From assembly GCA_036507075.1 (NCBI GenBank), contig DASXQR010000016.1:1-10267 (forward strand): a stretch of 10,267 bases of DNA. The letters run 5' to 3'. The notes below the pieces were generated by a model. The model saw only the letters and a program-made list of their open reading frames with translations, did not search any database and was not told the origin of the DNA. Source of the stretch: Acidobacteriota bacterium. Lineage in GTDB: Bacteria > Acidobacteriota > UBA6911 > JACQSX01. The position numbers and the translations under genes are program-made. Positions 1 through 7,422 of the stretch are shown in pieces; positions within the stretch are counted from its first letter, which is position 1, and each line of letters begins with the position of its first letter.

Positions 1-169
1 AAAGAAAGAAACAGGCCTGTGGGAAAGTGGAAAGCCGCAAAAAACGCGCCTTCCCACTTTCCCACAGGCCCTACTACAGGTACGGTCTTCATTTCTTTGT
101 TGTTAAAAACCAAAAAAAGTGTCAACGATGTTGTGAGGTCAAAGTGTCAACGATGTCCTGAGGTGTTCA
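1..169. mobile_element. Probable terminus of an insertion sequence (IS481-family-like end); transposase would lie outside the window
   Basis: Two 24-bp direct repeats, AAAGTGTCAACGATGTTGTGAGGT (116-139) and AAAGTGTCAACGATGTCCTGAGGT (141-164), 22/24 identical, followed by GTTCA (165-169). Preceded by an AT-rich tract and a long hairpin (14-70). Repeated subterminal TGTCAACGATGT-type motifs ending in CA resemble IS481-family ends (pattern recognition, not searched). Confidence 0.55.
14..70. repeat. Hairpin with perfect 17-bp stem, probably subterminal structure of the IS end
   Basis: GGCCTGTGGGAAAGTGG (14-30) is the exact reverse complement of CCACTTTCCCACAGGCC (54-70); imperfect pairing continues inward. 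No clean U-tract follows on the + strand. Confidence 0.9.
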
Positions 170-172
170 CGG

Positions 173-370
173 TGGTCAGTGGTAAGTAAGTCAGTTATCC
201 GTAGTCAGTTTTCACTGTCAGCGGTTCGTGTCAGTTGTCCGTCGTGTATGGCCAGTCTTCTTTTTTGGGTCAAATTTTAATTTTCAATTTTCAACCGGTC
301 AATTCGGAAATTTCTTGATTACGGATCACCGGCCACCGACAACGGACTACTGACAAACGACCACTGACAA
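173..370. repeat. Head-to-head degenerate heptamer tandem arms ((T/G)-rich TTGTCCG-type left arm, CGGACAA-type right arm)
   Basis: Left arm 173-241 (TGGTCAG, TGGTAAG, TTATCCG, TAGTCAG, TTGTCCG...). Right arm 322-370, seven units (CGGATCA CCGGCCA CCGACAA CGGACTA CTGACAA ACGACCA CTGACAA). A different period-7 tract (CAATTTT-type) lies between them at 271-294. Confidence 0.8.
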
Positions 371-373
371 CGC

Positions 374-907
374 TCAGAGCTCACAAGTCACCATTTCCTT
401 AATCTCCGGGAAATATGCCATGCGGAGGATCGCATCGCTTCTCCCGAATTTCAGCTTTACCGAAGCGGGCGGAATTTGCAGCAGCGTAACATCGTCGCGT
501 GCCGCAAACGACAGCATCCGTCTGCACCAGGACAGAACCGCGGCCGAGTATCGATTATCGGGAATCGCCGCAATGACCAATCGCTCCAGGTTGAGCTGTT
601 GCGACAAATCCGGCGGTGGATCCCCGGGCTTCCAGATGATTTTGATTTCGCGTTCCTTCCAGAAAGGTATCCAGAGTCGATCCGCGCCGATGCCCACCGT
701 TACACCTGAATTGATCACAGCTTTGTGAACGTAATCGCTGACAATCTCTTGAGAATTTTCCCGGTGGTACCGGCGCACCACGTCGACCGGATAAAAGGTC
801 AGGTACTGGTTTTCCTTCCACCACGCGAGAAAGCCGGCGGCGTTTTCCGGAGCAAGCCGTTCGATCAAGTTCGCGGCGGCGTGAAGCGCGGTTCTCAGGC
901 TTTCCAA
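374..907 (-). CDS. Hypothetical protein (177 aa), TTG start, overlaps the 3' end of the thiO-like gene by 13 bp
   Basis: Longest ORF in the gap, co-directional with and overlapping the upstream oxidase gene, protein-like composition. No family recognised; start codon uncertain. Confidence 0.65.
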   Translation of the reverse strand: MESLRTALHAAANLIERLAPENAAGFLAWWKENQYLTFYPVDVVRRYHRENSQEIVSDYVHKAVINSGVTVGIGADRLWIPFWKEREIKIIWKPGDPPPDLSQQLNLERLVIAAIPDNRYSAAVLSWCRRMLSFAARDDVTLLQIPPASVKLKFGRSDAILRMAYFPEIKEMVTCEL

Positions 908-2016
908 GCGTGTTGAAATCTCTCTGGAGAAAACATGGTCAAGAAGCGCGAGGCGGGTTTTCCCGCCATGGCCTCAGCCAGGACTCGCGCGGTCAGGGGA
1001 GCCAGCAGAATTCCATTTCTGTAATGCCCGGAGGCCACCCAGATGTCGCGGACCTTTCCAATGGGCCCAACGATGGGCATCCGATCCGGAGTGCAGGGAC
1101 GCAAGCCGGCCCACGTCGATGCAAGCGGCGCCGAACATGCTTTCGGGAACATCTCCATTGCTCTTGCCAACAAGAAAGCCACCCCTCCGGCCGTCACCGA
1201 CTTGTCAAAAGTGCCGAAGTCCAGCGTGCTTCCCACCAGCGTAAAGTCCCGATGCCTTGGGATGATGTAAATACCATTTCCAATAATAATGTGGCGTGAA
1301 TGGATGGGAAAATTCTGCAGTGCCACCATTTCGCCCTTCACCGGGAACACGGGAAGCCGGCAATCCAGTGTCTCCTGCCAGCGCTGTGTCCACGCGCCGG
1401 TGGTAATGGCGACCTGGGTGGCGGTAAAAATGTGGTTCCCTGCTGCAAGTCGAACAGGACATCCGGGAGTTATCTGATGCACCGGGTGGTAGGCAAAGAC
1501 AGATACCCCTAATTGCTCGCATGCAGCCGCCAGCGCCGGGACCAGCAGGCGATTGTCCGCATGATGGTCGTTTGGAAAGTACAGGGCGCCGTCGTGGGCG
1601 AAGGCAAGGTCCGGTTCCAGTTGCGCCACTTGCGCAGCAGAGATTCTTTCAATTTGCAAGTTGCGTGCCGATTGCCACTGCAGGATTTCATCCGCAAGGC
1701 GCTGCTCGTTGGCAGTCGCGCCGATCAGTGTGATCGTTCCGCTGTTGTAAAACCCCGGGTCCTGTCCGCTCAGCCTCTCGATCTGCTGGCACCAGTGCGG
1801 ATATATCTCTCTGCTGGCGCAAAGCCACTCAAAAAGCGAGTCCGGTTCTTTTGTTTCTGCCTGCGCCGCCAGCATACCAGCAGCAGCCCACGATGCTTCA
1901 CGGCCCAATTCGTTCTGCTCAAGAATGCAAACCTTTTTTCGCTGCTGTGCCAGCTCGAATGCAAGCGCGCAGCCGATGATTCCACCTCCCACGACGGCCA
2001 CATCGAATTCCTGCAT
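895..2016 (-). CDS. thiO: Glycine oxidase ThiO-like FAD-dependent oxidoreductase (DAO family)
   Basis: N-terminal Rossmann motif DVAVVGGGIIG, ASWAAAGML, PVKGEM, YIIPR, WAGLRP, GHYRNGILLAP, C-terminal FSPERF; 373 aa. All typical of ThiO. Confidence 0.88.
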   Translation of the reverse strand: MQEFDVAVVGGGIIGCALAFELAQQRKKVCILEQNELGREASWAAAGMLAAQAETKEPDSLFEWLCASREIYPHWCQQIERLSGQDPGFYNSGTITLIGATANEQRLADEILQWQSARNLQIERISAAQVAQLEPDLAFAHDGALYFPNDHHADNRLLVPALAAACEQLGVSVFAYHPVHQITPGCPVRLAAGNHIFTATQVAITTGAWTQRWQETLDCRLPVFPVKGEMVALQNFPIHSRHIIIGNGIYIIPRHRDFTLVGSTLDFGTFDKSVTAGGVAFLLARAMEMFPKACSAPLASTWAGLRPCTPDRMPIVGPIGKVRDIWVASGHYRNGILLAPLTARVLAEAMAGKPASRFLTMFSPERFQHAWKA

Positions 2017-2022
2017 GAGCCT

Positions 2023-2028
2023 AGACTA
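2023..2028 (-). promoter_or_regulatory. Candidate -10 element (TAGTCT) for a leaderless thiO transcript
   Basis: TAnnnT hexamer 6 nt upstream of the ATG at 2016; no Shine-Dalgarno between them. Confidence 0.4.
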
Positions 2029-2034
2029 CATCAT

Positions 2035-2420
2035 GAGCGGGAGAGCGGGGGAGCCGGGAAGCGGGGGAGCGGGAGAGTGGGAGCTCTGCGACATCAGAAC
2101 CGCGCGCGTAAGCAAGCGGACTCTCAAAGAAAATTTGCCACGAAGGCACGAAGACACGAAGGACAACGATTGAATTAGAAGTGCCACTTCTCCGACAACC
2201 CGGATCGAGTTACGAGAAGTGTCACTTCAAAATGAATAGCGATTCTTCGTGCCTTCGTGGCAAATCCCCGCGGAGAGTCCGCTTGCTTACGCGCGCGGTT
2301 CTGACATCGCAGAACTCCCGCTCTCCCACTCTCCCACTCTCCCACTCACCCACTCTCCCACTCTCCCACTCTCCCACTCTCCCACTCTCGCCCTTCCCCG
2401 CTCTCCCGCTCTTCCACTCC
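2035..2420. repeat. Nested multi-layer palindromic element (REPIN/MITE-like), copy 1
   Basis: 2071-2154 pairs ungapped with 2244-2327 (74/84), including perfect 32-bp (2094-2125/2273-2304) and 22-bp (2133-2154/2244-2265) blocks. Outer 8-mer tandem arms; inner palindromes at 2177-2191 and 2216-2228. Confidence 0.92.
2321..2416 (+). repeat. Tandem octamer (CTCTCCCA)n, 12 units, 7 perfect
   Basis: Read directly; one variant CTCACCCA at 2345-2352 and four degenerate units at 2385-2416. Complementary arm (GGGAGAGY-type, about 5 units) at 2039-2083. Confidence 0.95.
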
Positions 2421-2456
2421 GGGGAACTTTCATCACCAACCGGTGTCTGAAGCCGC

Positions 2457-2465
2457 AGAGGAGGG
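2457..2465 (+). promoter_or_regulatory. Shine-Dalgarno sequence of the TonB-family gene
   Basis: AGAGGAGGG just upstream of ATG 2469. Confidence 0.7.
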
Positions 2466-2468
2466 ATC

Positions 2469-3236
2469 ATGTTTGACTCGATTGAGTACATCGGCTCCGG
2501 TAGTCCGAAGCGCGCTTCATTTCTCATTTCGCTGGTGGCGCACGCCGGCGCTGTAACGCTTGCCATCATCACGCCTCTTTTTTTCTTCCGCGCTGCTGCT
2601 CCATTGGCGCCAGGACCGCCAACTCCGGTAATGCTGCTCCCGGATCTTCCGGTTCCCGTCCCAAGTAGTGGGGATTCTCGAAGCACTACTTCCAAGAATC
2701 CCGAAGTGGTTCGGCTTCCTCCAAATATTGTTCCACCATCGATTCCAAAAGGGATCCCGGAGAGTGTTCCCGAAGAGACACCGGATATCCGACAATTGGC
2801 AATCAATCAGAATCCAGGAGGACAATATTCCGGTGGTTCGCAGGGATCCGGTGTTGGATTTGGACCGGTTGGAGATGCCCTGGTACCGGCCAGAGTCGCT
2901 CCGCCGCCACTGAGAAAAGAGCCGGAATCTTCGCCTGTGAGTCGACGCGCTCCGGTCAGAGTATCGGAAGGAGTGATTGCTTCAAAGCTCGTGCGCCGCA
3001 TCGACCCCGTCTACTCCCCGATTGCGATCCGCGCAAGGGTGCAGGGCGTCGTGGTGCTGCAGATTCTAATCAATGAAGAAGGGACGGTTGAGGAGATTTC
3101 CGTCGTCAGCGGCCATCAATTGCTGGTGCCTTCGGCCATTGAAGCCGTGAAGCAATGGCGTTATTCACCCACACTTCTCAGCGGCCAGCCGGTCCCGGTG
3201 AAAGCAACCGTTTCAGTTAACTTTGTACTCCACTAA
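2469..3236 (+). CDS. tonB: TonB-family energy transducer
   Basis: N-terminal TM helix with SxxxH (SLVAH), Pro-rich linker, TonB_C domain ([28 protein letters not shown]...[13 protein letters not shown]...GQPV). Confidence 0.88.
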   Translation: MFDSIEYIGSGSPKRASFLISLVAHAGAVTLAIITPLFFFRAAAPLAPGPPTPVMLLPDLPVPVPSSGDSRSTTSKNPEVVRLPPNIVPPSIPKGIPESVPEETPDIRQLAINQNPGGQYSGGSQGSGVGFGPVGDALVPARVAPPPLRKEPESSPVSRRAPVRVSEGVIASKLVRRIDPVYSPIAIRARVQGVVVLQILINEEGTVEEISVVSGHQLLVPSAIEAVKQWRYSPTLLSGQPVPVKATVSVNFVLH

Positions 3237-4699
3237 TCTTCACTCACAATTTCCGGCGGCAGTTCAAGAAGCGGCTGTTGTTCGGCGGAAGGCGGGGCCT
3301 CGGGAATCTGCAGATCGCGGGGTATCTGGTCGATGGTGGTAACCGGATCGATTTCAATATTGGAAGCGCTTGCCTTCAGCTCTTTGAATTTTCGGGCGCT
3401 GACCAGCACGCGCAGCTCAAGCGAGCCGACCGCCTTGTTGTACGATTCGACGGCATTGCCCAGGCTCTTGCCCAGCCTGGCCCAGTGCTCTGTCAGGTCC
3501 GCAATCCGTTTGTAGAGCTCGCGTCCCAGGTCGCTGATCTGCTGAGCATTCTCAGCCAGTTTTTCCTGGCGCCATCCATAAGCAACCGCCCGGAGAAGCG
3601 CGATCAGTGTCGTGGGCGTGGCTACCAGCACGCGCTGCTCGACTCCCATCTCGATTAACGACGGATCATGTTCTAAGGCCGCGCTGTAGAAGGTTTCTCC
3701 CGGCAAAAAAAGAATCACAAATTCGGGCGCCGGCTGGAACTGGTCCTGGTAGGATTTCCGGCTCAAATTAGCGATATGCGCGCGGATCTGCCGGGCGTGA
3801 TCAACAAGTTTGCTCCTGCGCGTATCGTCTTCCGAGCTCTCAATCGCGTCCAGGTAGGCTGAAAGGGGAGCCTTTGAATCCACTACGATGTTCTTTCCGC
3901 CGGGAAGCCGGATCAGCATGTCTGGACGAAAGCGGCCGTCGTCGCTTGTAACGCTGGCCTGTTCGTAAAAATCGCAATGGTCGAGCATGCCCGCCATTTC
4001 AACCACGCGCCGCAGTTGAATTTCGCCCCAGCGGCCTCTCACCGCGGGAGCGCGAAGAGCGCGAACCAAATTGGACGTTTCCGTTCTCAACTGGAGTTGT
4101 GTCTCGTAGAGCATTCTCACCTGCTGATGAAGCGCCTCATATGCCCCTGCGCGTGCCTTCTCCAGCTCTTGAATCTTGCTGTCCACGCGGTCGAGAGACT
4201 GTTTGACGGGCGTCACCAGTTCGTGGATCGCCTGCTGGCGCTTTTCCAGATCTCCTTTGGCCGTCTCCTGAAACTTGTTCAGTGTTTCTCGCGCCAGCTC
4301 CAAAAAAGATTGGTTGTTGCTGCGAAGCGCATCTGCGGAAAGCGCTTTGAAGGCGTCTGATAACTTTTGCTGCGCGGATTCCAGCAGGGCCAGCTTTTCC
4401 TGGGCTGCCTTGCGCTCCTGCAGCAGATATGTTTCCAATTCTGCCTGCCGGCTTCTCAGCGCGACGTTTAAATCACGTTGGTCGGTCAACTGCTGTTCGA
4501 TTGCATGCTGCGAGGCGCGCAGTTCTTCCAGTTGCCGATCACGCCCCTGGAGGCGTTCAATAAGCGCGGCCAGCTCGCGTTCCAGCTCCAGCCGGCTTCG
4601 CTTGCTGCCCTGTCTGTTGATGCGCCGCACCATAAACCAAATCACTGCGATGACCGCGATGGCGACAGCGGGTGCGAAGAGAAGAGTAAAATCTTTCAT
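3233..4699 (-). CDS. rmuC: DNA recombination protein RmuC
   Basis: N-terminal TM segment, long coiled coil, then [48 protein letters not shown] motifs of the RmuC family. Confidence 0.95.
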   Translation of the reverse strand: MKDFTLLFAPAVAIAVIAVIWFMVRRINRQGSKRSRLELERELAALIERLQGRDRQLEELRASQHAIEQQLTDQRDLNVALRSRQAELETYLLQERKAAQEKLALLESAQQKLSDAFKALSADALRSNNQSFLELARETLNKFQETAKGDLEKRQQAIHELVTPVKQSLDRVDSKIQELEKARAGAYEALHQQVRMLYETQLQLRTETSNLVRALRAPAVRGRWGEIQLRRVVEMAGMLDHCDFYEQASVTSDDGRFRPDMLIRLPGGKNIVVDSKAPLSAYLDAIESSEDDTRRSKLVDHARQIRAHIANLSRKSYQDQFQPAPEFVILFLPGETFYSAALEHDPSLIEMGVEQRVLVATPTTLIALLRAVAYGWRQEKLAENAQQISDLGRELYKRIADLTEHWARLGKSLGNAVESYNKAVGSLELRVLVSARKFKELKASASNIEIDPVTTIDQIPRDLQIPEAPPSAEQQPLLELPPEIVSED

Positions 4700-4706
4700 C
4701 TCTGCG

Positions 4707-4712
4707 ATTATA
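4707..4712 (-). promoter_or_regulatory. Consensus -10 element (TATAAT) of a probably leaderless rmuC promoter
   Basis: ATTATA on + strand = TATAAT on - strand, 7 nt upstream of ATG 4699; no consensus -35 seen. Confidence 0.6.
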
Positions 4713-4767
4713 CTGGTCGTGCCTGACGTTACGGCTTTTTTAATTACAGAAATGGAGTCGAACTGAC

Positions 4768-5481
4768 GTGCCCGAAGCGCCTGTTTTGAGCTCTGCTAAT
4801 CGGTGGCCCCGAATCGAGCAGGCTGGAGACCAGGGAGTGTTCGTTCGATTCGGCGACTCTATTTCTCCCGGGGTTCACGCGCTTATTCGCGCCTCTCTGG
4901 AGAAGATCGATCGACTTCGGCCCCCATGGGTTGTTGACTGCATTCCGAGTTATTGCTCGCTGCTGGTCGTGTACCAGCCGCTGCAGGTACGACCCAGCGA
5001 GGTTCATCACTGGCTCGGGCGAATGCTGTGTAATGTCACCCCTGATCGATCCCCCGGTCGCATAATTGAAATTCCCGTGTGGTACGATGCGAGCGTCGCA
5101 CCGGACCTTGCAGAACTGGCGCAATCAAAATCACTGAGTGTTGAGCATGTGATTCAGATCCATAGCGCCCCCGAATATCTGGTTTACATGCTTGGGTTTA
5201 AACCCGGCTTTCCTTTCCTGGGCGGATTGGATGAAAGACTGTGGACGCCAAGGCTGGATGTGCCGCGCCTTGAAGTGGCCGCGGGATCTGTGGGAATTGG
5301 AGGACAGCAGACCGGGATTTATCCGGTGAAGAGCCCCGGCGGGTGGCGCATTATCGGACGTACTCCGATAAAAATTTTCAGACTGAAGCGCCCCCAGCCT
5401 TTCCTGATCCAACCCGGTGACAGGGTCAAATTTTCGCCCATCGGGAGAGACAAATTTCGCCTACTGGAAGAAAAGGCTTAA
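4768..5481 (+). CDS. pxpB: 5-oxoprolinase subunit B (KipI / allophanate hydrolase subunit 1 family)
   Basis: [66 protein letters not shown] at 4754-4757 before the GTG start; adjacent pxpA and pxpC. Confidence 0.93.
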   Translation: MPEAPVLSSANRWPRIEQAGDQGVFVRFGDSISPGVHALIRASLEKIDRLRPPWVVDCIPSYCSLLVVYQPLQVRPSEVHHWLGRMLCNVTPDRSPGRIIEIPVWYDASVAPDLAELAQSKSLSVEHVIQIHSAPEYLVYMLGFKPGFPFLGGLDERLWTPRLDVPRLEVAAGSVGIGGQQTGIYPVKSPGGWRIIGRTPIKIFRLKRPQPFLIQPGDRVKFSPIGRDKFRLLEEKA

Positions 5482-5490
5482 CCGCGAAGA

Positions 5491-5611
5491 TTGTCCGTGG
5501 TCGGTTGTCGGTTGTCCGTTGTAGTTCGTTGTCCGTTATAACAGACCACGGGCGACGGACAACTGACCACGGACAACGGACTACGGACAACGGACAACGG
5601 ACCACGGACTG
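5491..5611. repeat. Head-to-head heptamer tandem arms (TTGTCCG)n / (CGGACAA)n between pxpB and pxpA
   Basis: About 6 left units 5491-5535, palindromic centre GTTATAAC (5535-5542), 10 right units 5542-5611 ending 3 nt before the pxpA ATG. Confidence 0.92.
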
Positions 5612-5614
5612 GCT

Positions 5615-6388
5615 ATGAGTCTTCGCATTGACCTCAATTGCGACATGGGTGAGAGCTTTGGCCGATACCGGCTTGGAGCCGATGTCCAGGTGATGGACTT
5701 CATCACCTCGGCAAATATTGCCTGCGGTCTGCATGCGGGAGATCCGCGCACGATGCGCGAGACGGTGCAACTGGCTGCAGACAAGAGCGTGGCAATTGGC
5801 GCTCATCCCGGTCTGCCTGATTTGCAGGGCTTTGGCCGCCGCAACATGGATCTGACGCCGCAGGAAATGCACGACATGGTGCTGTATCAGATTGGCGCGC
5901 TGGATGCTTTCCTGCAGCCGCATTGCGCCCGGATGCAGCATGTCAAGCCACACGGCGCTTTGTACAATATGGCTGCGCGTAATTACTCTCTGGCCGAATC
6001 GCTGGCGCGCGCCATAAAGGCGTACCGGCAGGATCTAATCTTCATCGGTCTTCCCAACTCAGAAATGCAGAAAGCGGCTGAAAGGGAAGGGGTGCGTTTC
6101 GCCGCGGAAGTGTTTGCGGACCGAACTTATCAACCCGACGGATCCCTGACTTCACGCAGAAGCCCGGATGCTTTTATTCAAGATCCCCTCGCTGCCGCCC
6201 GACGGGCTGTGGCAATGGTGCGCGAAGCGCGCGTTCAGGCGGTCAGCGGTGAATGGATACCGATACGCGCGGACACGTTATGCCTGCATGGTGACAACCC
6301 TCAGGCGGTTTCCTTCATCCAAAACATCCGGCAACAGGTCGAGCGGGCTGGCATTAACATTGCGGCGCTGGGCGAGTGGCTGCCCTGA
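5615..6388 (+). CDS. pxpA: 5-oxoprolinase subunit A (LamB/YcsF family)
   Basis: IDLNCDMGESFG, SANIACGLHAGDP, GAHPG, HVKPHGALYN, EVFADRTY, TLCLHGD. Confidence 0.96.
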   Translation: MSLRIDLNCDMGESFGRYRLGADVQVMDFITSANIACGLHAGDPRTMRETVQLAADKSVAIGAHPGLPDLQGFGRRNMDLTPQEMHDMVLYQIGALDAFLQPHCARMQHVKPHGALYNMAARNYSLAESLARAIKAYRQDLIFIGLPNSEMQKAAEREGVRFAAEVFADRTYQPDGSLTSRRSPDAFIQDPLAAARRAVAMVREARVQAVSGEWIPIRADTLCLHGDNPQAVSFIQNIRQQVERAGINIAALGEWLP

Positions 6389-7314
6389 TGCCATCGGTCC
6401 TGATTCGAAAAGCGGGACTGTTGACGACCATCCAGGATCTGGGACGGCCCGGCTACGGCCGTTTCGGTGTTCCCGTTTCCGGAGCAATGGATCCGCTGGC
6501 CCTCCGCATCGCAAACCGGTTGGTTGAGAATCGCGACGATCTCCCGGCGCTGGAAATTACAGCGCTCGGACCGACAATTGAATTCCCACAGGAAACTCGC
6601 TTCGCGCTGGCGGGAGCAAACCTGAGTCCGAAACTTTCAGGCACGGCCATCGACGTGTGGCGCGACCACCTGGCCAGGGCTGGAGAGGTGCTTGAATTCG
6701 GACCACGGCGTCAGGGAGCGCGCTGCTATCTGGCGATATCGGGAGGAGTACTTGCGCCGTATGTGATGGGGAGCGCTGCCACCGACCTGGACAGCGCCCT
6801 GGGAGGATGCAACGGCGCAGCGCTGCAAGCGGGCACTGTCCTGGGAATTCCCGAACAGCAACCCGGCGCGAAAAAAAGAAGATTGCTTCCCGAAATGTTT
6901 CGGGCCTACTCGGATCCGTTTCAGATTCGCTTTTTGCCGAATCCAGATCCTGAGCTTGAAACCGGCCTGTCGCAGTTCAAAACTTCTTCGTTCCATGTCA
7001 GCCGGCACTGCAATCGCATGGGATATCGGCTGCAGGGCGGGAAAGTGGATCTGCCCGTTTCCAGAGAGACTATTTCTGAAGCGATCCCACCAGGTTCAAT
7101 ACAGGTCCCCCCAGGAGGCGATCCCATCATGCTGATGGCGGATCGGCAGAGCGTCGGCGGATATCCGTGCATCGGGTATGTGATAGCAGCGGATATGCCG
7201 AAGGCGGCTCAATTGTGGGTCGGTCACCCGATTCGATTTGTAGAAGTCACTTTGGAGCAAGCCTGCTCGCTGCTTCAACAACAGGAAGAGACTTTGCAGC
7301 GGGCAATCGTGTAA
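6388..7314 (+). CDS. pxpC: 5-oxoprolinase subunit C (KipA / biotin-dependent carboxyltransferase family)
   Basis: TTIQDLGRPG, GAMD, ANRLV, GARCYLAISGG, RMGYRL, GSIQVPPGGDPIMLMADRQSVGGYP. Start placed at ATG 6388 (TGATG overlap with the pxpA stop) rather than GTG 6376. Confidence 0.92.
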   Translation: MPSVLIRKAGLLTTIQDLGRPGYGRFGVPVSGAMDPLALRIANRLVENRDDLPALEITALGPTIEFPQETRFALAGANLSPKLSGTAIDVWRDHLARAGEVLEFGPRRQGARCYLAISGGVLAPYVMGSAATDLDSALGGCNGAALQAGTVLGIPEQQPGAKKRRLLPEMFRAYSDPFQIRFLPNPDPELETGLSQFKTSSFHVSRHCNRMGYRLQGGKVDLPVSRETISEAIPPGSIQVPPGGDPIMLMADRQSVGGYPCIGYVIAADMPKAAQLWVGHPIRFVEVTLEQACSLLQQQEETLQRAIV

Positions 7315-7332
7315 TGCGCCGATTTCGGTGAA

Positions 7333-7409
7333 AGAAATTTCCACCACGAAGTCACAAAGGACACGAAGAAACCCTTTGTGCCTTTGTGTCTTTGTGGTGA
7401 AAAGTTTCT
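7333..7409. repeat. Palindromic CACGAAG/CACAAAG-type element between pxpC and the MFS gene
   Basis: AGAAATTTCCACCACGAAGTCACAAAGGACACGAAG (7333-7368) versus the reverse complement of 7374-7409, AGAAACTTTTCACCACAAAGACACAAAGGCACAAAG; same motif as 2133-2161. Confidence 0.85.
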
Positions 7410-7422
7410 AAATTAGAACGCC

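Noticed and set aside
14..70. Hairpin as an intrinsic terminator
   Set aside because: No U-tract after the stem on the + strand and an unusually long stem; interrupted T-runs on the - strand leave it possible but unsupported.
116..164. 24-bp direct repeats as a CRISPR array
   Set aside because: Only two units separated by 1 nt, no spacers and no cas genes; fits IS subterminal repeats better.
2029..2435. CATCA at 2029-2033 and 2431-2435 as a target-site duplication of the composite element
   Set aside because: Only 5 bp and about 10 nt away from the apparent right edge; compatible with chance.
2181..2450. 89-aa ORF MPLLRQPGSSYEKCHFK..., also seen at 9992-10228 (-)
   Set aside because: Shared only because the DNA repeat is duplicated; GTG start without SD, low-complexity tail from the octamer tract, different C-termini, and copy 2 runs antisense into the proline dehydrogenase gene. 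Too few substitutions to infer selection.
6376..6387. GTG 6376 as the pxpC start
   Set aside because: ATG 6388 gives a TGATG stop/start overlap with pxpA and a family-typical N-terminal length.
4768..7314. Annotation as allophanate hydrolase, urea carboxylase or KipI/KipA sporulation regulators
   Set aside because: Co-location with a LamB/YcsF gene and no biotin carboxylase in the window fit the PxpABC 5-oxoprolinase assignment better.
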